A stretch of 64,000 nt of DNA, taken from positions 22,366 through 86,365 of IMG/VR virus record IMGVR_UViG_3300027659_000022. The stretch is one strand, 5' to 3'. Below the pieces are notes generated by a model that searched no databases, was not told the origin of the DNA, and saw nothing but the letters and a program-made list of their open reading frames with translations. The stretch comes from a virus. Below, one piece after another: positions 1 through 9,928 of this stretch (position 1 is the stretch's first letter; every line of letters begins with the position of its first letter). Both the position numbers and the translations under genes were made by a program.

Positions 1-3000
1 ATTGGAGACGAATTAAGATCCACAAACGCTGGTCCTGCTGGTAGCTTGACGAATCTTGCAGATTCTTACTATTCTATGGGTGCGCTGTCAAGACTAGAAA
101 CAGTAGTCAGTCAAATTATCACTGGCTCTAACGTCACAGAAAGCTCAGGAAACACTGCTACACAGAGTGCAGCATTTCCGTATGCCAGCGCAGATGAACA
201 GGCAGATATCACACAGCTGGTAAGAGTAATACAGCATCAGATCGATTATCGAATCAGCACCACTCACATGGTTACCAACACAGATCCTACAGGTTACGAT
301 ACTGCTTATCTCACAGGCTACGGTGATGCTAGAACACTGATAAAAGAAAACAAAGAATTTATCAAAGCTGAAATCATCGCCTTTATCACTGAAAACTACC
401 CTTCAGTGAAATATTCTAGAACCATATGCAAACGAGACACAGGTTTTATTGTCGATGCTATGGTCTATGACTTGACCTATGGCGGTTTTACGCAGACACT
501 GAATGCAGGATTAGCCTATTTTGACGGCACCACAGGGCTGGAAATTGACGCATCAGAAGTCACTGCTACTGTGGCTGCTTATGGTAGATTAAAAACTGTG
601 ATGCAAGAAATCGCTGCTAACACCACAGTGACCAAATCCACAGGTAATGCTGCTACACAATGGACCGATGCGACTAATCTCACAGGTGGGTCTGCAGCCA
701 GCGCATTCATCGGCGCTAACATTGACAACATCACTAACCTATTAGCAGGCGATTCCACCGCAGCTACTCCTCCTATCGTTACAGTGACTTCGATAACTGG
801 CACAGACACCTTTGTTACTGCTGGTCACAGTCTACAAGCAGGCGACCTAGTGGTTCCTATTGAAACACAGAACGGACTCACTGTAGGCACACGTTATTAC
901 GTAATTGCATCAGGACTTACAGCTACTGATTTCAAGGTATCAACAAGTTATGCGGGTGCAGCAGCCACAGGATTTACTAACGGTTCTGGTTTAACCTTGG
1001 TAATGACCTACGAGGATCGTCCGATTGCCACCAACGCTGTAACTTCTACCACAGCACTAATTACTGCATTTACAACTCTAAGTGCGGCGGCTCAGACTAT
1101 TGTATCAAACATGACAGTTTATATTGATGCAAACTTTCCATCATTAACCTATGATCCTAATAAGTGTGAAAGAGATGCTAGAATTATCTTAGATGCAGTA
1201 GGCTATGACTTCATGTTTAACGCCAACGGACAAACTAGAAATGCAGCTTACGCTTATCTAAGAGCCAGTGCCAGCGATGTTTATAGTCTAGGACAGAAAG
1301 CAGCCACCCGAGCAGCATTTAGTTATGTGAAAACACAAGCCAAGGCCAACGTAGGCGGTGATGCTACTGCACAGGCTCGCATTGAAACACTGATGACTCT
1401 GTTAGATGATATCATTTATGGCGCCACCAACGAAGGTAGTCGCTGTGCTTCTGGTAACAGGATGGTGGATTACGCAGTTCTGCAGTTAGAAAGAAACAGA
1501 GATTATGTTGTTACAGAGATCGATGCGTACATAGACTCAACATATACAACCACAGTAACGAATGCCACAGCGGCCACAGATGTGTTTACCTGCACCAGCA
1601 CAGCTTGGATGCAGCGTAATGCAGCAGTGAGATTCTCAGGAACTGTATTTGGCGGTATTAGCACAGGTACAACATATTACATACAGAATGTTGTAAGCTC
1701 AACAACCTTTAAAATCTCAACTACAAGAGATTCAAACACAGCACTAGACATTGCATCTAATGCATCTGGATCTATGACTGTGAGCTTGTATTACAGCAGT
1801 GAAGCATGCCTGCGAGACGTTGGTACATATATTGACGCACTAAAATATGATTTGAAATATCCAGGCAACTACAAATCTCGATATGCCGCTAGATACTATG
1901 GTAACAGCGTGGTTGGCAGCCTAGAAGAAGACATGTATTATCTACGTGATGGTACAGGTGTTAGAGATCAGACACTGCAGGGACTCACAGGCGATCTTTT
2001 AGCACCTAATGAGTACGGTACATCAAGAGTTTCGGCCGGAGCCTACTGTTCCTTGGATCCAGGTTGGGGTCCAGAAGATTACCGTACCTGGATCAACACT
2101 CGCTCACCATACGTACAAGGGGTGACCACACTGGGTACAGCCGCCGTGGGACAGAAGATCGACGGCTCGCTGCACAATGGTGGTAATGATTCCATCGTTT
2201 CCAACGACTTCACACAGGTTATATCAGACGGTATTGGTGCTTGGATCACCAACAACGGTCGTGCTGAATTGGTATCAGTGTTCTCATACTATGCGCACAT
2301 CGGATATCTAGCAGAAAATGGTGGTAGGATCCGTGGCACCAACGGTAACTGTTCATACGGAGATTTTGGAGCTGTGGCAGAAGGATTTGATGCCAGTGAA
2401 ACACCTGGCACAGCCGTAGTAGATAATAGACTGCAATTTGAAGCAGTTATTGATCGCATTGTCACAGACGGATCGGCACTGACACAATTTGAATTTACCA
2501 ATGCTGGTATTGATTACACTGAAGTCACATATGTCATTACAGGTGGCGGCACTGGAGGATCAGTTCAGCAGGATGAATTCCGTGATGACGCTGTGTTCGA
2601 AGTACGCATGTTGGATCTAGTTGAAGACAGTACCGACGCTGAAGAAGCTGTAGGTAATTTTGGTGGATTTGGTTATATTACAAATTCCAACACCTGCCAG
2701 GGCGGCACATCAACTTCAGTGACTATTGCTGCCACAGATAGTGAGACCAGCACAGCCTATATAGGTATGAAAATCGTGCTCACAGGCGGTGCAGGTGTAG
2801 GACAGTTTGGTATTATCGACACATATAATTCAGGCACTAAAGTAGCAGGCTTGGTCAAAGAATCCGATGGCACAGCAGGATTTGATCATTTGATAGCAGG
2901 CACAGCAATAGTATCACCAGATGCTTCTAGCACCTATATCATCGAACCAAGAGTAACATTCTCAGCACCCGGCTACACATCCACAGCAGCTACACTGCCA

Positions 3001-5193
3001 ACCTCAGGCACATGGACCGCTGTCAAATACGGAGAAACCGCAGCGGTATACGCATCAGTCACCGGCACCTACAGTGGTGCCGGTGTTGGTGCTACATTTA
3101 CTGTGATACGCAACGGATGGAAATACACACCGTCCTTACAGACCGCTGGTACAGGATATGTGAGATTACAAACCATTACCATACTGGGAACCAGTCTCGG
3201 TGGGTTGAGCACAGCCAACGACCTAGTGATAACCATCACCGCGGTTAATGCTGCAACTGGAGCTATCTTAAACTTTGATCATGCAGGATATGGCATAGGT
3301 GGCAGATATGTAGCTCTAAGAGGTGGCAGCACAGTGGGCGCAACATCTGAAGATGGTATTGCATGGGATACTCGAGCCAGCTTAATGCCGAGTGCGGCAA
3401 ACTGGTCAGCTATGACTGCTGGCTTGTTTGATGACGGATCCACAGTGGGCAAAGTCAGCAAATTCGTAGCAGTTGCTGGAACCTCAGCCAACACCACAGG
3501 TGCATATTCAGATGACGGCATTACTTGGTCAGCCGCCAGTATGCAGACATCAGCAACATGGGTAGATGTGGCATTTGGTGGTTTCAGCGCACAGAAATTT
3601 GTAGCAATAGCCAGCGATGTAACCACTGTGCGGATCAGCAATGATGGTGAAAACTGGGATCAAACTGGCACACTTACCACCACTGGTTTCACAGCTATTG
3701 CATACGGTAAAAACAGATTCGTAGCCATCAAGAGTGGAACCGCAGTTACAAATTATGCTACCACATCAGGAGTCACGGGCACATGGACTGCAGGCACACT
3801 GCCAAGTTCATCGAACTGGAACAGTATAGCCTACGGTAATAACAGATTCGTAGCTGTGTCTAACACCAGTGGTACTGTAGCTGCCTACAGTCTAGATGGT
3901 ATTACGTGGACTGCCAGCACACTGCCATCAACAGCACAATGGACCAAGGTCACATACGGTCAAGGAGTATTCCTTGCTGTGAGTACAACCACAGCAGCAG
4001 CAACTTCTCCAGACGGTATCACATGGACTCTAAGAGCTACATCTACAGCAGCCAGTGGATTCTCAGCTGTCACTTTTGGTAACAGAAATCGTTATGGTCA
4101 ATTTGTAGGTGTTGGCGCTAGCACAGGCACAGTAGCCACATACATTAGAACTGGAGCCACTGCTAGAGCTCGTGCGTTGGTGGCATCTAACAAGATATTC
4201 CAGATTAACATCACAGAGCCTGGTTCTGGATATACTACTGAACCAACTATAACATTCACGGATCCTAACAACACCTTTGAAGCACCAGTAACCGTGAGAC
4301 GAGGATCGGGAGTATTGGCCAATCCATCGTTTGTTAACCGAGGCACGCAGTATGTCACCAGCAGCTGTGAAGTAGACATCGGCGACGGTTACGCCAACGT
4401 GTTCCAACCAGGCGCATTTGTAGCAGTGAGACAGATCACTGAACAACCAACTCCGGGATCTAATGTGGTGTTTGGACATCTACCAGATCGCACATTTAAA
4501 TTAGTGAATGTTATCACGTTCTTGGGCGTCAACGATGGAGCCTACACCGCATTCTTACAGATCAGTCCTAATTTAACCATCGGCGAAGCACCTGAAGATG
4601 CTGTAACGGTCACCACCAGACTGCGTTATAGCCAGTGTCGTTTAACTGGGCATGACTTCTTGGACATAGGTACTGGTAGTTTTATTGAAACTAACTATCC
4701 TAACTCTCCGTTGCAGCCGCCTATTCCAGCCAACGAAGCAGTTGATTCCAACGGTGGCCGTGTGTTCTTTACAAGCACAGACCAGGACGGTAACTTCCGA
4801 GTTGGCGACCTGTTTAACATTGAACAATCAACTGGTATTGCTACATTAAATGCTGATGCTTTTAATATTTCGGGCCTGCAAGAACTTAATTTAGGCAACG
4901 TGACACTAGGTGGCGGTTCGGCTACGATCACTGAATTCTCTACAGACCCGTTCTTTACTGCGGATTCAGACAATATCGTACCTACACAGAGAGCGATCAA
5001 AGCCTATATTGGCAGCCAAATTGGTGGTGGTGGTGCTAGCTTGAACGTTAACTCAGTGACAGCAGGATCAGTGTTTATCAGCTCAAATATCATAACTACT
5101 ACCACAGGCGGTGCGATTAAAATGAATGCTACCTTTGATTTCAGAGGGGGAGTAACTGGCCTTCCGTTGGCATTCAACTACTTTTTAAACTAA
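1..5193 (+). CDS. Giant virion structural protein (baseplate/fibre-associated), 5'-truncated by the window edge
   Basis: Frame 1 is open from base 1 (IGDELRSTNAG...), so the TTG at 46 is not the true start. The protein is Thr/Ala/Gly/Ser-rich, with three CxRD...DA..YD helical repeats, BNR-like SxDGITWT and AYGNNRFVA propeller repeats, and a C-terminal GHDFLDIGTG...STDQDGNFRVG region typical of large T4-like aquatic-phage virion proteins. Confidence 0.75.
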   Translation: MGDELRSTNAGPAGSLTNLADSYYSMGALSRLETVVSQIITGSNVTESSGNTATQSAAFPYASADEQADITQLVRVIQHQIDYRISTTHMVTNTDPTGYDTAYLTGYGDARTLIKENKEFIKAEIIAFITENYPSVKYSRTICKRDTGFIVDAMVYDLTYGGFTQTLNAGLAYFDGTTGLEIDASEVTATVAAYGRLKTVMQEIAANTTVTKSTGNAATQWTDATNLTGGSAASAFIGANIDNITNLLAGDSTAATPPIVTVTSITGTDTFVTAGHSLQAGDLVVPIETQNGLTVGTRYYVIASGLTATDFKVSTSYAGAAATGFTNGSGLTLVMTYEDRPIATNAVTSTTALITAFTTLSAAAQTIVSNMTVYIDANFPSLTYDPNKCERDARIILDAVGYDFMFNANGQTRNAAYAYLRASASDVYSLGQKAATRAAFSYVKTQAKANVGGDATAQARIETLMTLLDDIIYGATNEGSRCASGNRMVDYAVLQLERNRDYVVTEIDAYIDSTYTTTVTNATAATDVFTCTSTAWMQRNAAVRFSGTVFGGISTGTTYYIQNVVSSTTFKISTTRDSNTALDIASNASGSMTVSLYYSSEACLRDVGTYIDALKYDLKYPGNYKSRYAARYYGNSVVGSLEEDMYYLRDGTGVRDQTLQGLTGDLLAPNEYGTSRVSAGAYCSLDPGWGPEDYRTWINTRSPYVQGVTTLGTAAVGQKIDGSLHNGGNDSIVSNDFTQVISDGIGAWITNNGRAELVSVFSYYAHIGYLAENGGRIRGTNGNCSYGDFGAVAEGFDASETPGTAVVDNRLQFEAVIDRIVTDGSALTQFEFTNAGIDYTEVTYVITGGGTGGSVQQDEFRDDAVFEVRMLDLVEDSTDAEEAVGNFGGFGYITNSNTCQGGTSTSVTIAATDSETSTAYIGMKIVLTGGAGVGQFGIIDTYNSGTKVAGLVKESDGTAGFDHLIAGTAIVSPDASSTYIIEPRVTFSAPGYTSTAATLPTSGTWTAVKYGETAAVYASVTGTYSGAGVGATFTVIRNGWKYTPSLQTAGTGYVRLQTITILGTSLGGLSTANDLVITITAVNAATGAILNFDHAGYGIGGRYVALRGGSTVGATSEDGIAWDTRASLMPSAANWSAMTAGLFDDGSTVGKVSKFVAVAGTSANTTGAYSDDGITWSAASMQTSATWVDVAFGGFSAQKFVAIASDVTTVRISNDGENWDQTGTLTTTGFTAIAYGKNRFVAIKSGTAVTNYATTSGVTGTWTAGTLPSSSNWNSIAYGNNRFVAVSNTSGTVAAYSLDGITWTASTLPSTAQWTKVTYGQGVFLAVSTTTAAATSPDGITWTLRATSTAASGFSAVTFGNRNRYGQFVGVGASTGTVATYIRTGATARARALVASNKIFQINITEPGSGYTTEPTITFTDPNNTFEAPVTVRRGSGVLANPSFVNRGTQYVTSSCEVDIGDGYANVFQPGAFVAVRQITEQPTPGSNVVFGHLPDRTFKLVNVITFLGVNDGAYTAFLQISPNLTIGEAPEDAVTVTTRLRYSQCRLTGHDFLDIGTGSFIETNYPNSPLQPPIPANEAVDSNGGRVFFTSTDQDGNFRVGDLFNIEQSTGIATLNADAFNISGLQELNLGNVTLGGGSATITEFSTDPFFTADSDNIVPTQRAIKAYIGSQIGGGGASLNVNSVTAGSVFISSNIITTTTGGAIKMNATFDFRGGVTGLPLAFNYFLN

Positions 5194-5196
5194 ATA
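5189..5196 (+). promoter_or_regulatory. T4-type late promoter box (ACTAAATA)
   Basis: TAAATA core overlaps the upstream stop codon; GGAG RBS follows, then ATG at 5216. Confidence 0.55.
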
Positions 5197-5215
5197 TATA
5201 CATGGAGAACAAATT

Positions 5216-5536
5216 ATGGCAACAGGAAGACTAGGAGTAGCAGATCTCTCAGCAGCTACTAATACCACATTATACACAGTGCCTGCAAGTACATTCGCAG
5301 TTGTAACTGTAAATGTGGTAAACAGGGGTGCATCAGCGGCTGCTGTAAGAATAGCAGTGGCTTCTACAGCATCTCCAGCAGATTCAGAATATATCGAATA
5401 TGACGTTAGCCTAGCTGCAAAAGGTGTGGTAGAACGCACAGGTATTGTTATGGATGCAGGAAAGCTCTTGGTAGTACGATCAAGTGCAGTAAGTGTAAAT
5501 GCTGTGGTTTACGGCATCGAAACTTCAACTGCGTAA
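5216..5536 (+). CDS. Small virion structural protein (beta-rich)
   Basis: 106 aa with a GGAG RBS; the TTLYTVPA...NVVYGIE pattern is seen in phage tail-associated proteins. Confidence 0.6.
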   Translation: MATGRLGVADLSAATNTTLYTVPASTFAVVTVNVVNRGASAAAVRIAVASTASPADSEYIEYDVSLAAKGVVERTGIVMDAGKLLVVRSSAVSVNAVVYGIETSTA

Positions 5537-5549
5537 CTAGGAGAATCAA

Positions 5550-6227
5550 ATGGGTAGAAAACATACAGCAGGATCGGTTGGTAATCAAGGTGTTGGCGGT
5601 GTTCAAGTTGATAACACCACGTTGTCTGCTGCTGACAATCAAAACATCACCATTGATGCATCCGGAACCGGTTTATTTGTAATCGCAAGTGATACACTGA
5701 TACAGGCTCAAGGCGACTTGAGATTTGGTGATGCTGACAGTTCTAATTATGTTGGGTTCCAGGCTCCAGGAACAGTTTCAGCTAATGTGTTATGGACACT
5801 GCCCGCAACTGACGGATCTAACACACAGGCGTTGACTACCAACGGATCAGGTACATTGTCTTGGGCCACGAATTCCGTAGTCATATCTGACGAAGCCGCA
5901 GACGCTGCTTCCAACTATGTGGCGTTTACAACAGCCACTACAGGACAAATTACCACAGCTAGAGTCAGCAGTACTAAACTTACCTTTCAGCCAAGTTCTG
6001 GAACACTGACATCTACCGTTGTGACTTCAACAGGAAACACCACTGTTGGTGCAAATCTAAACATAACTGGAATTCCCAGTATCACTGGAAGCTTTCCGGT
6101 GTACCAAAATCAAACCAGTATAAACACTTATACAATACCTGCAGGAACCAACGCTATGAGTGCAGGACCAATAACTATTGCTGCTGGACAAACGGTGACA
6201 GTTAATGGAGATTGGAGCATAGTCTAA
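5550..6227 (+). CDS. Tail fibre anchor/shaft protein
   Basis: AGGAG RBS; fibre motif WTLPATDGSNTQALTTNGSGTLSW; C-terminal YTIPAGTNAMSAGPITIAAGQTVTVNGDWSIV beta-helix-like end. Confidence 0.7.
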   Translation: MGRKHTAGSVGNQGVGGVQVDNTTLSAADNQNITIDASGTGLFVIASDTLIQAQGDLRFGDADSSNYVGFQAPGTVSANVLWTLPATDGSNTQALTTNGSGTLSWATNSVVISDEAADAASNYVAFTTATTGQITTARVSSTKLTFQPSSGTLTSTVVTSTGNTTVGANLNITGIPSITGSFPVYQNQTSINTYTIPAGTNAMSAGPITIAAGQTVTVNGDWSIV

Positions 6228-6793
6228 TGAGCACACTGGTCACTGACGAATTACAAGGACCACATGAGGCCAACCATCTCATAGCAATGCCAAACAACAC
6301 TACCTTGTACGCTGCTGGGCAGACAATACAAACTGTTTGGAGAAAATTTCAAGGTGTGCAGACCTATAACAGCTATAATGATAACACCAGTAGACCAATC
6401 AGTGGATTGGATGTTAATATCACACTTAAGAGAGCCAACAGTAAAGTTATCCTAAAATGGTGGATTTTTTATGAAGCCCATCATGATATAACATTTCAGG
6501 CAATCCGTGGGGGCACAGTAATTGGATTCAACTCAGAAGTTGGTAATGTTAGATACAGCGGTATGGGTGGTGCTGACTATGAACATTCACATGATCAAAA
6601 TAGTACCCCAACATACCAGCATCATTGCTGGATTGACTCCCCAGGCACAGTTGGTCCGCACACTTATCAAATAGGTTCAAGATCATCTTCAAGTGCAAAC
6701 TATGATATTCGTATGAATCGTTCTTGGAATGGTCCAACTGATGACCACGAAGTGGGTATAAGCTGGTGTGTGGTAGAGGAGATAGCTGTATGA
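6227..6793 (+). CDS. Fibre-tip/adhesin-like paralogue A1
   Basis: Start reassigned to ATG 6227 (TAATG coupling). Shares QxIQ, IT..xxSxI, YEAHHD and DDHEVG..EEIA motifs with the next two genes. Confidence 0.65.
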   Translation: MSTLVTDELQGPHEANHLIAMPNNTTLYAAGQTIQTVWRKFQGVQTYNSYNDNTSRPISGLDVNITLKRANSKVILKWWIFYEAHHDITFQAIRGGTVIGFNSEVGNVRYSGMGGADYEHSHDQNSTPTYQHHCWIDSPGTVGPHTYQIGSRSSSSANYDIRMNRSWNGPTDDHEVGISWCVVEEIAV

Positions 6794-7344
6794 GCGTGAC
6801 TCTTAACAATCTCCAACCACAATCAGGCACAGAAATCGTATTCAATGCCGCACATCAGATGCAGCACCAAGGTAAAGTTGTGCAGACTCAGACAGTAACT
6901 ACTCATGTGCGAACCACTTATTCAGCAACCAACAGCGGAAATGGCAATGTGATCACTCAGCTAAATTTACTCATCACACCATATCGTGCGGACAGTTACA
7001 TTTGGTTGCGATGGACAGTGGCCTATGAAATGCATCATGACACATCGTTTGTTGTACAACGCGATGGTACTTTAATTGGATACAATTTAGATATAGGTAA
7101 TACTAGATGGAGTAATATACTTACTCCGCAATATGATAATGATTACTCATCAACACCCCAGGTTAGTACTATAAATTGGTTTGATCTTGCGGGATCAACT
7201 GCTGCGAGAACCTATCAATTAGCTGTAAGAAGCAGTGGCGGCAGCAACCATACATTTGCTCTTAATAGAACTCTTGGTTCCACAGGCACAGACGGTCACG
7301 AGATTGGGGTTAGTCATGGTATAGCAAGGGAGATCAGTGGATGA
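6790..7344 (+). CDS. Fibre-tip/adhesin-like paralogue A2
   Basis: ATGA overlap at 6790; motifs ITPYRADSYI, YEMHHD, RSSGGSNH and DGHEIG. Confidence 0.65.
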   Translation: MSVTLNNLQPQSGTEIVFNAAHQMQHQGKVVQTQTVTTHVRTTYSATNSGNGNVITQLNLLITPYRADSYIWLRWTVAYEMHHDTSFVVQRDGTLIGYNLDIGNTRWSNILTPQYDNDYSSTPQVSTINWFDLAGSTAARTYQLAVRSSGGSNHTFALNRTLGSTGTDGHEIGVSHGIAREISG

Positions 7345-7955
7345 CCTTAAAAGTAAACAATATTTCAGGAACCAGCGGCGTTGTTCGCGTGGCACATCCC
7401 AACGCCATATATCAACCAGGACAGATCATACAGGTCAAATGGAGCCGTGCCATGCAGCGTCTACGTTACAATATCCCTAACAACGACGGTGGAAGCCGAG
7501 GCGATGTTTTTGCCACGGGTATCTCAGAAGGTGGCACCATCATACGTCCCTTGGATGTTACAATCACTCCAAAAAGTCTAGACAGTTATATCTTTGTGGA
7601 ATTTTGTGTGGCCTATGAAGCCACAAACAATATTGTGTTTAACATAGTCAGAGACGGAATGTTAGTCGGTGCGTCATTTGCCAACGTCAACGATCAAACA
7701 TACAATAGTAGATGGACTGGTGCAGGTGTTAGTCGCTATGACAATAACGATTCATCAACACCGGGTCATATCTGCTTGCCTTGGGTAGACAGACCGGGAA
7801 CCACAGATCCAGTAACCTACGGATTTGCTGCACGTAGTAGTGGCGGCAGCAACCATGAGTTCATGTTAAATACCACCTACGGCAGTTACCTAAACGGTCA
7901 AGACGATCATGAAGTTGGCGTGAGCTTTGGAATCGCACAAGAAATAGCATTTTAA
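7341..7955 (+). CDS. Fibre-tip/adhesin-like paralogue A3
   Basis: ATGA overlap; motifs ITPKSLDSYI, RSSGGSNH and DDHEVG..QEIA. Confidence 0.65.
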   Translation: MTLKVNNISGTSGVVRVAHPNAIYQPGQIIQVKWSRAMQRLRYNIPNNDGGSRGDVFATGISEGGTIIRPLDVTITPKSLDSYIFVEFCVAYEATNNIVFNIVRDGMLVGASFANVNDQTYNSRWTGAGVSRYDNNDSSTPGHICLPWVDRPGTTDPVTYGFAARSSGGSNHEFMLNTTYGSYLNGQDDHEVGVSFGIAQEIAF

Positions 7956-7977
7956 AGAATAATAAGGATCTAATACA

Positions 7978-8412
7978 ATGGCAGACGAACAAACTAAAAT
8001 TTTACCTGTGGCAACAGCACTGGGCGTGCTGTGTCCTAATAATAAATGGAGCATCGAAGCTGATGACCTAGCTACTCTAGTTTGGGATGACGATCCAGAA
8101 GCTAGACCCACAGATGAAGAGATTACTGCAAAAGCTCAAGAATTACTAGCGGCAGCTCCATTACGAAGACTGCGTCAAATGCGCGATGAACGCATGCGTG
8201 AAGTAGATTGGGTTACATTACGAGCAGCTAGAACTGGGGAACCTGTTCCCCAAGAATGGCGGGACTACATGCAGGCTCTAGCTGATATCACCGATCAAGT
8301 AGGCAATGCTACACTCAGTGGGAGAGAAATCTTTGGTGTAACATGGCCTGAGCGTCCAGACGGGAAGCCAGCAGGTAATCAGAGAGCCCAACGAGGATTA
8401 TTCGGTCTATGA
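7978..8412 (+). CDS. Tail fibre assembly chaperone-like protein
   Basis: N-terminal ALGVLCP..W...W...RPTDEEI (XkdW-like); C-terminal LR..RD...DW...W..Y.QAL.DI...WP.RP, typical of tail assembly chaperones. Confidence 0.7.
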   Translation: MADEQTKILPVATALGVLCPNNKWSIEADDLATLVWDDDPEARPTDEEITAKAQELLAAAPLRRLRQMRDERMREVDWVTLRAARTGEPVPQEWRDYMQALADITDQVGNATLSGREIFGVTWPERPDGKPAGNQRAQRGLFGL

Positions 8413-8912
8413 CAACACTAAGGGTAGATAATCTACAACATCAAAATCAAGAATATCTTTTACCACTGACTCAACTACGTCAGCGTACTATTAAAGAATA
8501 TCGTCAAACCTATCAAAATGGTAGTTGGGAACCCAGCGACTCTTACGCATGGGCTCCAGGATTATGGGTTGATTATCAGCCAGCTTCGGCATCAAGTAGA
8601 ATTAGAGCCACTTGGTGTTTTAATTTCGCACACACCGACGGTCATGCAATTTCCAGCTGTGTATTTTACAGCAACGGCAGCACCGAACAAGGCCGGCACA
8701 GCATAGCAGGTCAGAGCCCAGAATATCGACACACCTATGTATGGGAATTTGACAGCTGGGGTACTAGTCGTGCTCGTATCGGATATCAAATAAGACGGCA
8801 CGGCGGCAGCAACCGACCTAGATTTTTTGGTACGCACCATTGGGATGGTGTTGGATCAAATCAAACTGGAACCAGCCAACTGTTTGTAGAGGAATATTTG
8901 CCAATAACATGA
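8409..8912 (+). CDS. Fibre-tip/adhesin-like paralogue B1
   Basis: Motifs WxP...YxWxPG, HAIS, SWGT..RIGYQ and WDG.GS.Q..EEY are shared with five neighbours. Confidence 0.65.
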   Translation: MTTLRVDNLQHQNQEYLLPLTQLRQRTIKEYRQTYQNGSWEPSDSYAWAPGLWVDYQPASASSRIRATWCFNFAHTDGHAISSCVFYSNGSTEQGRHSIAGQSPEYRHTYVWEFDSWGTSRARIGYQIRRHGGSNRPRFFGTHHWDGVGSNQTGTSQLFVEEYLPIT

Positions 8913-9418
8913 GCACACTTATCACAAATTCTCTTAGTTTTGATCCTAATTCAACTCCTATACCTTTAACAGAGTTAGGACATCGTGTGGTCAAAGAAGC
9001 AAGAGCCACCTATGATGGTGGTCAATGGAATCCTGATACCACCTATGCATGGATTCCTGGTATGTTCAACGACTACACTCCATTGCTGGCAACATCTAGA
9101 ATACGCATGACCTGCATGATTCCTTATGCAAGAAATTCTGGCTCAGCACACGCTATCAGTCACTGGATATTTTATGCCAACGGTGCTGAGCAAGGACGAC
9201 ATGGAGTATCTGGAGAACATCACGAAGATATGCGTACCTATGTATGGGATGTGGCCAGCTGGGGCACAGCTTCAGGACGTATCGGCTACCAAATGCGGGC
9301 CTATGCCAACGATAACAACGAAGTTAGACCTTATTGTACGCAATACTGGGATGGTGGCGGCTCAGTACAAAACTGTCGCGGCCAATACGTGATTCAAGAA
9401 TATCTTCCAGGAGTGTAA
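8909..9418 (+). CDS. Fibre-tip/adhesin-like paralogue B2
   Basis: Start reassigned to ATG 8909 (ATGA overlap); same motif set as B1. Confidence 0.65.
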   Translation: MSTLITNSLSFDPNSTPIPLTELGHRVVKEARATYDGGQWNPDTTYAWIPGMFNDYTPLLATSRIRMTCMIPYARNSGSAHAISHWIFYANGAEQGRHGVSGEHHEDMRTYVWDVASWGTASGRIGYQMRAYANDNNEVRPYCTQYWDGGGSVQNCRGQYVIQEYLPGV

Positions 9419-9421
9419 TAG

Positions 9422-9928
9422 ATGCCTAATAATGTACAGATTTCAACCTTACAAGATGTCTCTGGATCTGTGACTATTCCTGTGGTAGAATTAACCACAC
9501 GAGTCATACAATATATTAGACAGGATTATACCGCCGGGGTATGGAATCCAGATAATTCATACAACTGGGTGCCAGGCGCTTTTTACGATTTCACTCCAAA
9601 ACGAGCAGACAGCGTTATTAGTTATACTATGAGGCTACCAATAGCAAGAGCCGGTGGATCAACACATGCTATTGGAAACTGGTATTTTTACGCCAACAAC
9701 ATAATTTATTATCGCTGGGAAGACAGCCTACAGCACGGAGAAAACGGCAACATATGGCAATTTCAAATTCCAAGCTGGGGTACCAGCACCGGTCGTATCG
9801 GTCTTCAACATCGCGCCCATAGTAATGACAGCAACGAATTTAGAATGTATACCACAGAATACTGGGATGGTGTTGGATCAAATCAGAATTGTCGCGGACA
9901 GCTGTTCATCGAGGAGATCGTGTTATAA
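9422..9928 (+). CDS. Fibre-tip/adhesin-like paralogue B3
   Basis: WNPD..YNWVPG, DFTPKRADS, SWGT..GRIG and YWDGVGSNQNCRGQ. Confidence 0.65.
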   Translation: MPNNVQISTLQDVSGSVTIPVVELTTRVIQYIRQDYTAGVWNPDNSYNWVPGAFYDFTPKRADSVISYTMRLPIARAGGSTHAIGNWYFYANNIIYYRWEDSLQHGENGNIWQFQIPSWGTSTGRIGLQHRAHSNDSNEFRMYTTEYWDGVGSNQNCRGQLFIEEIVL

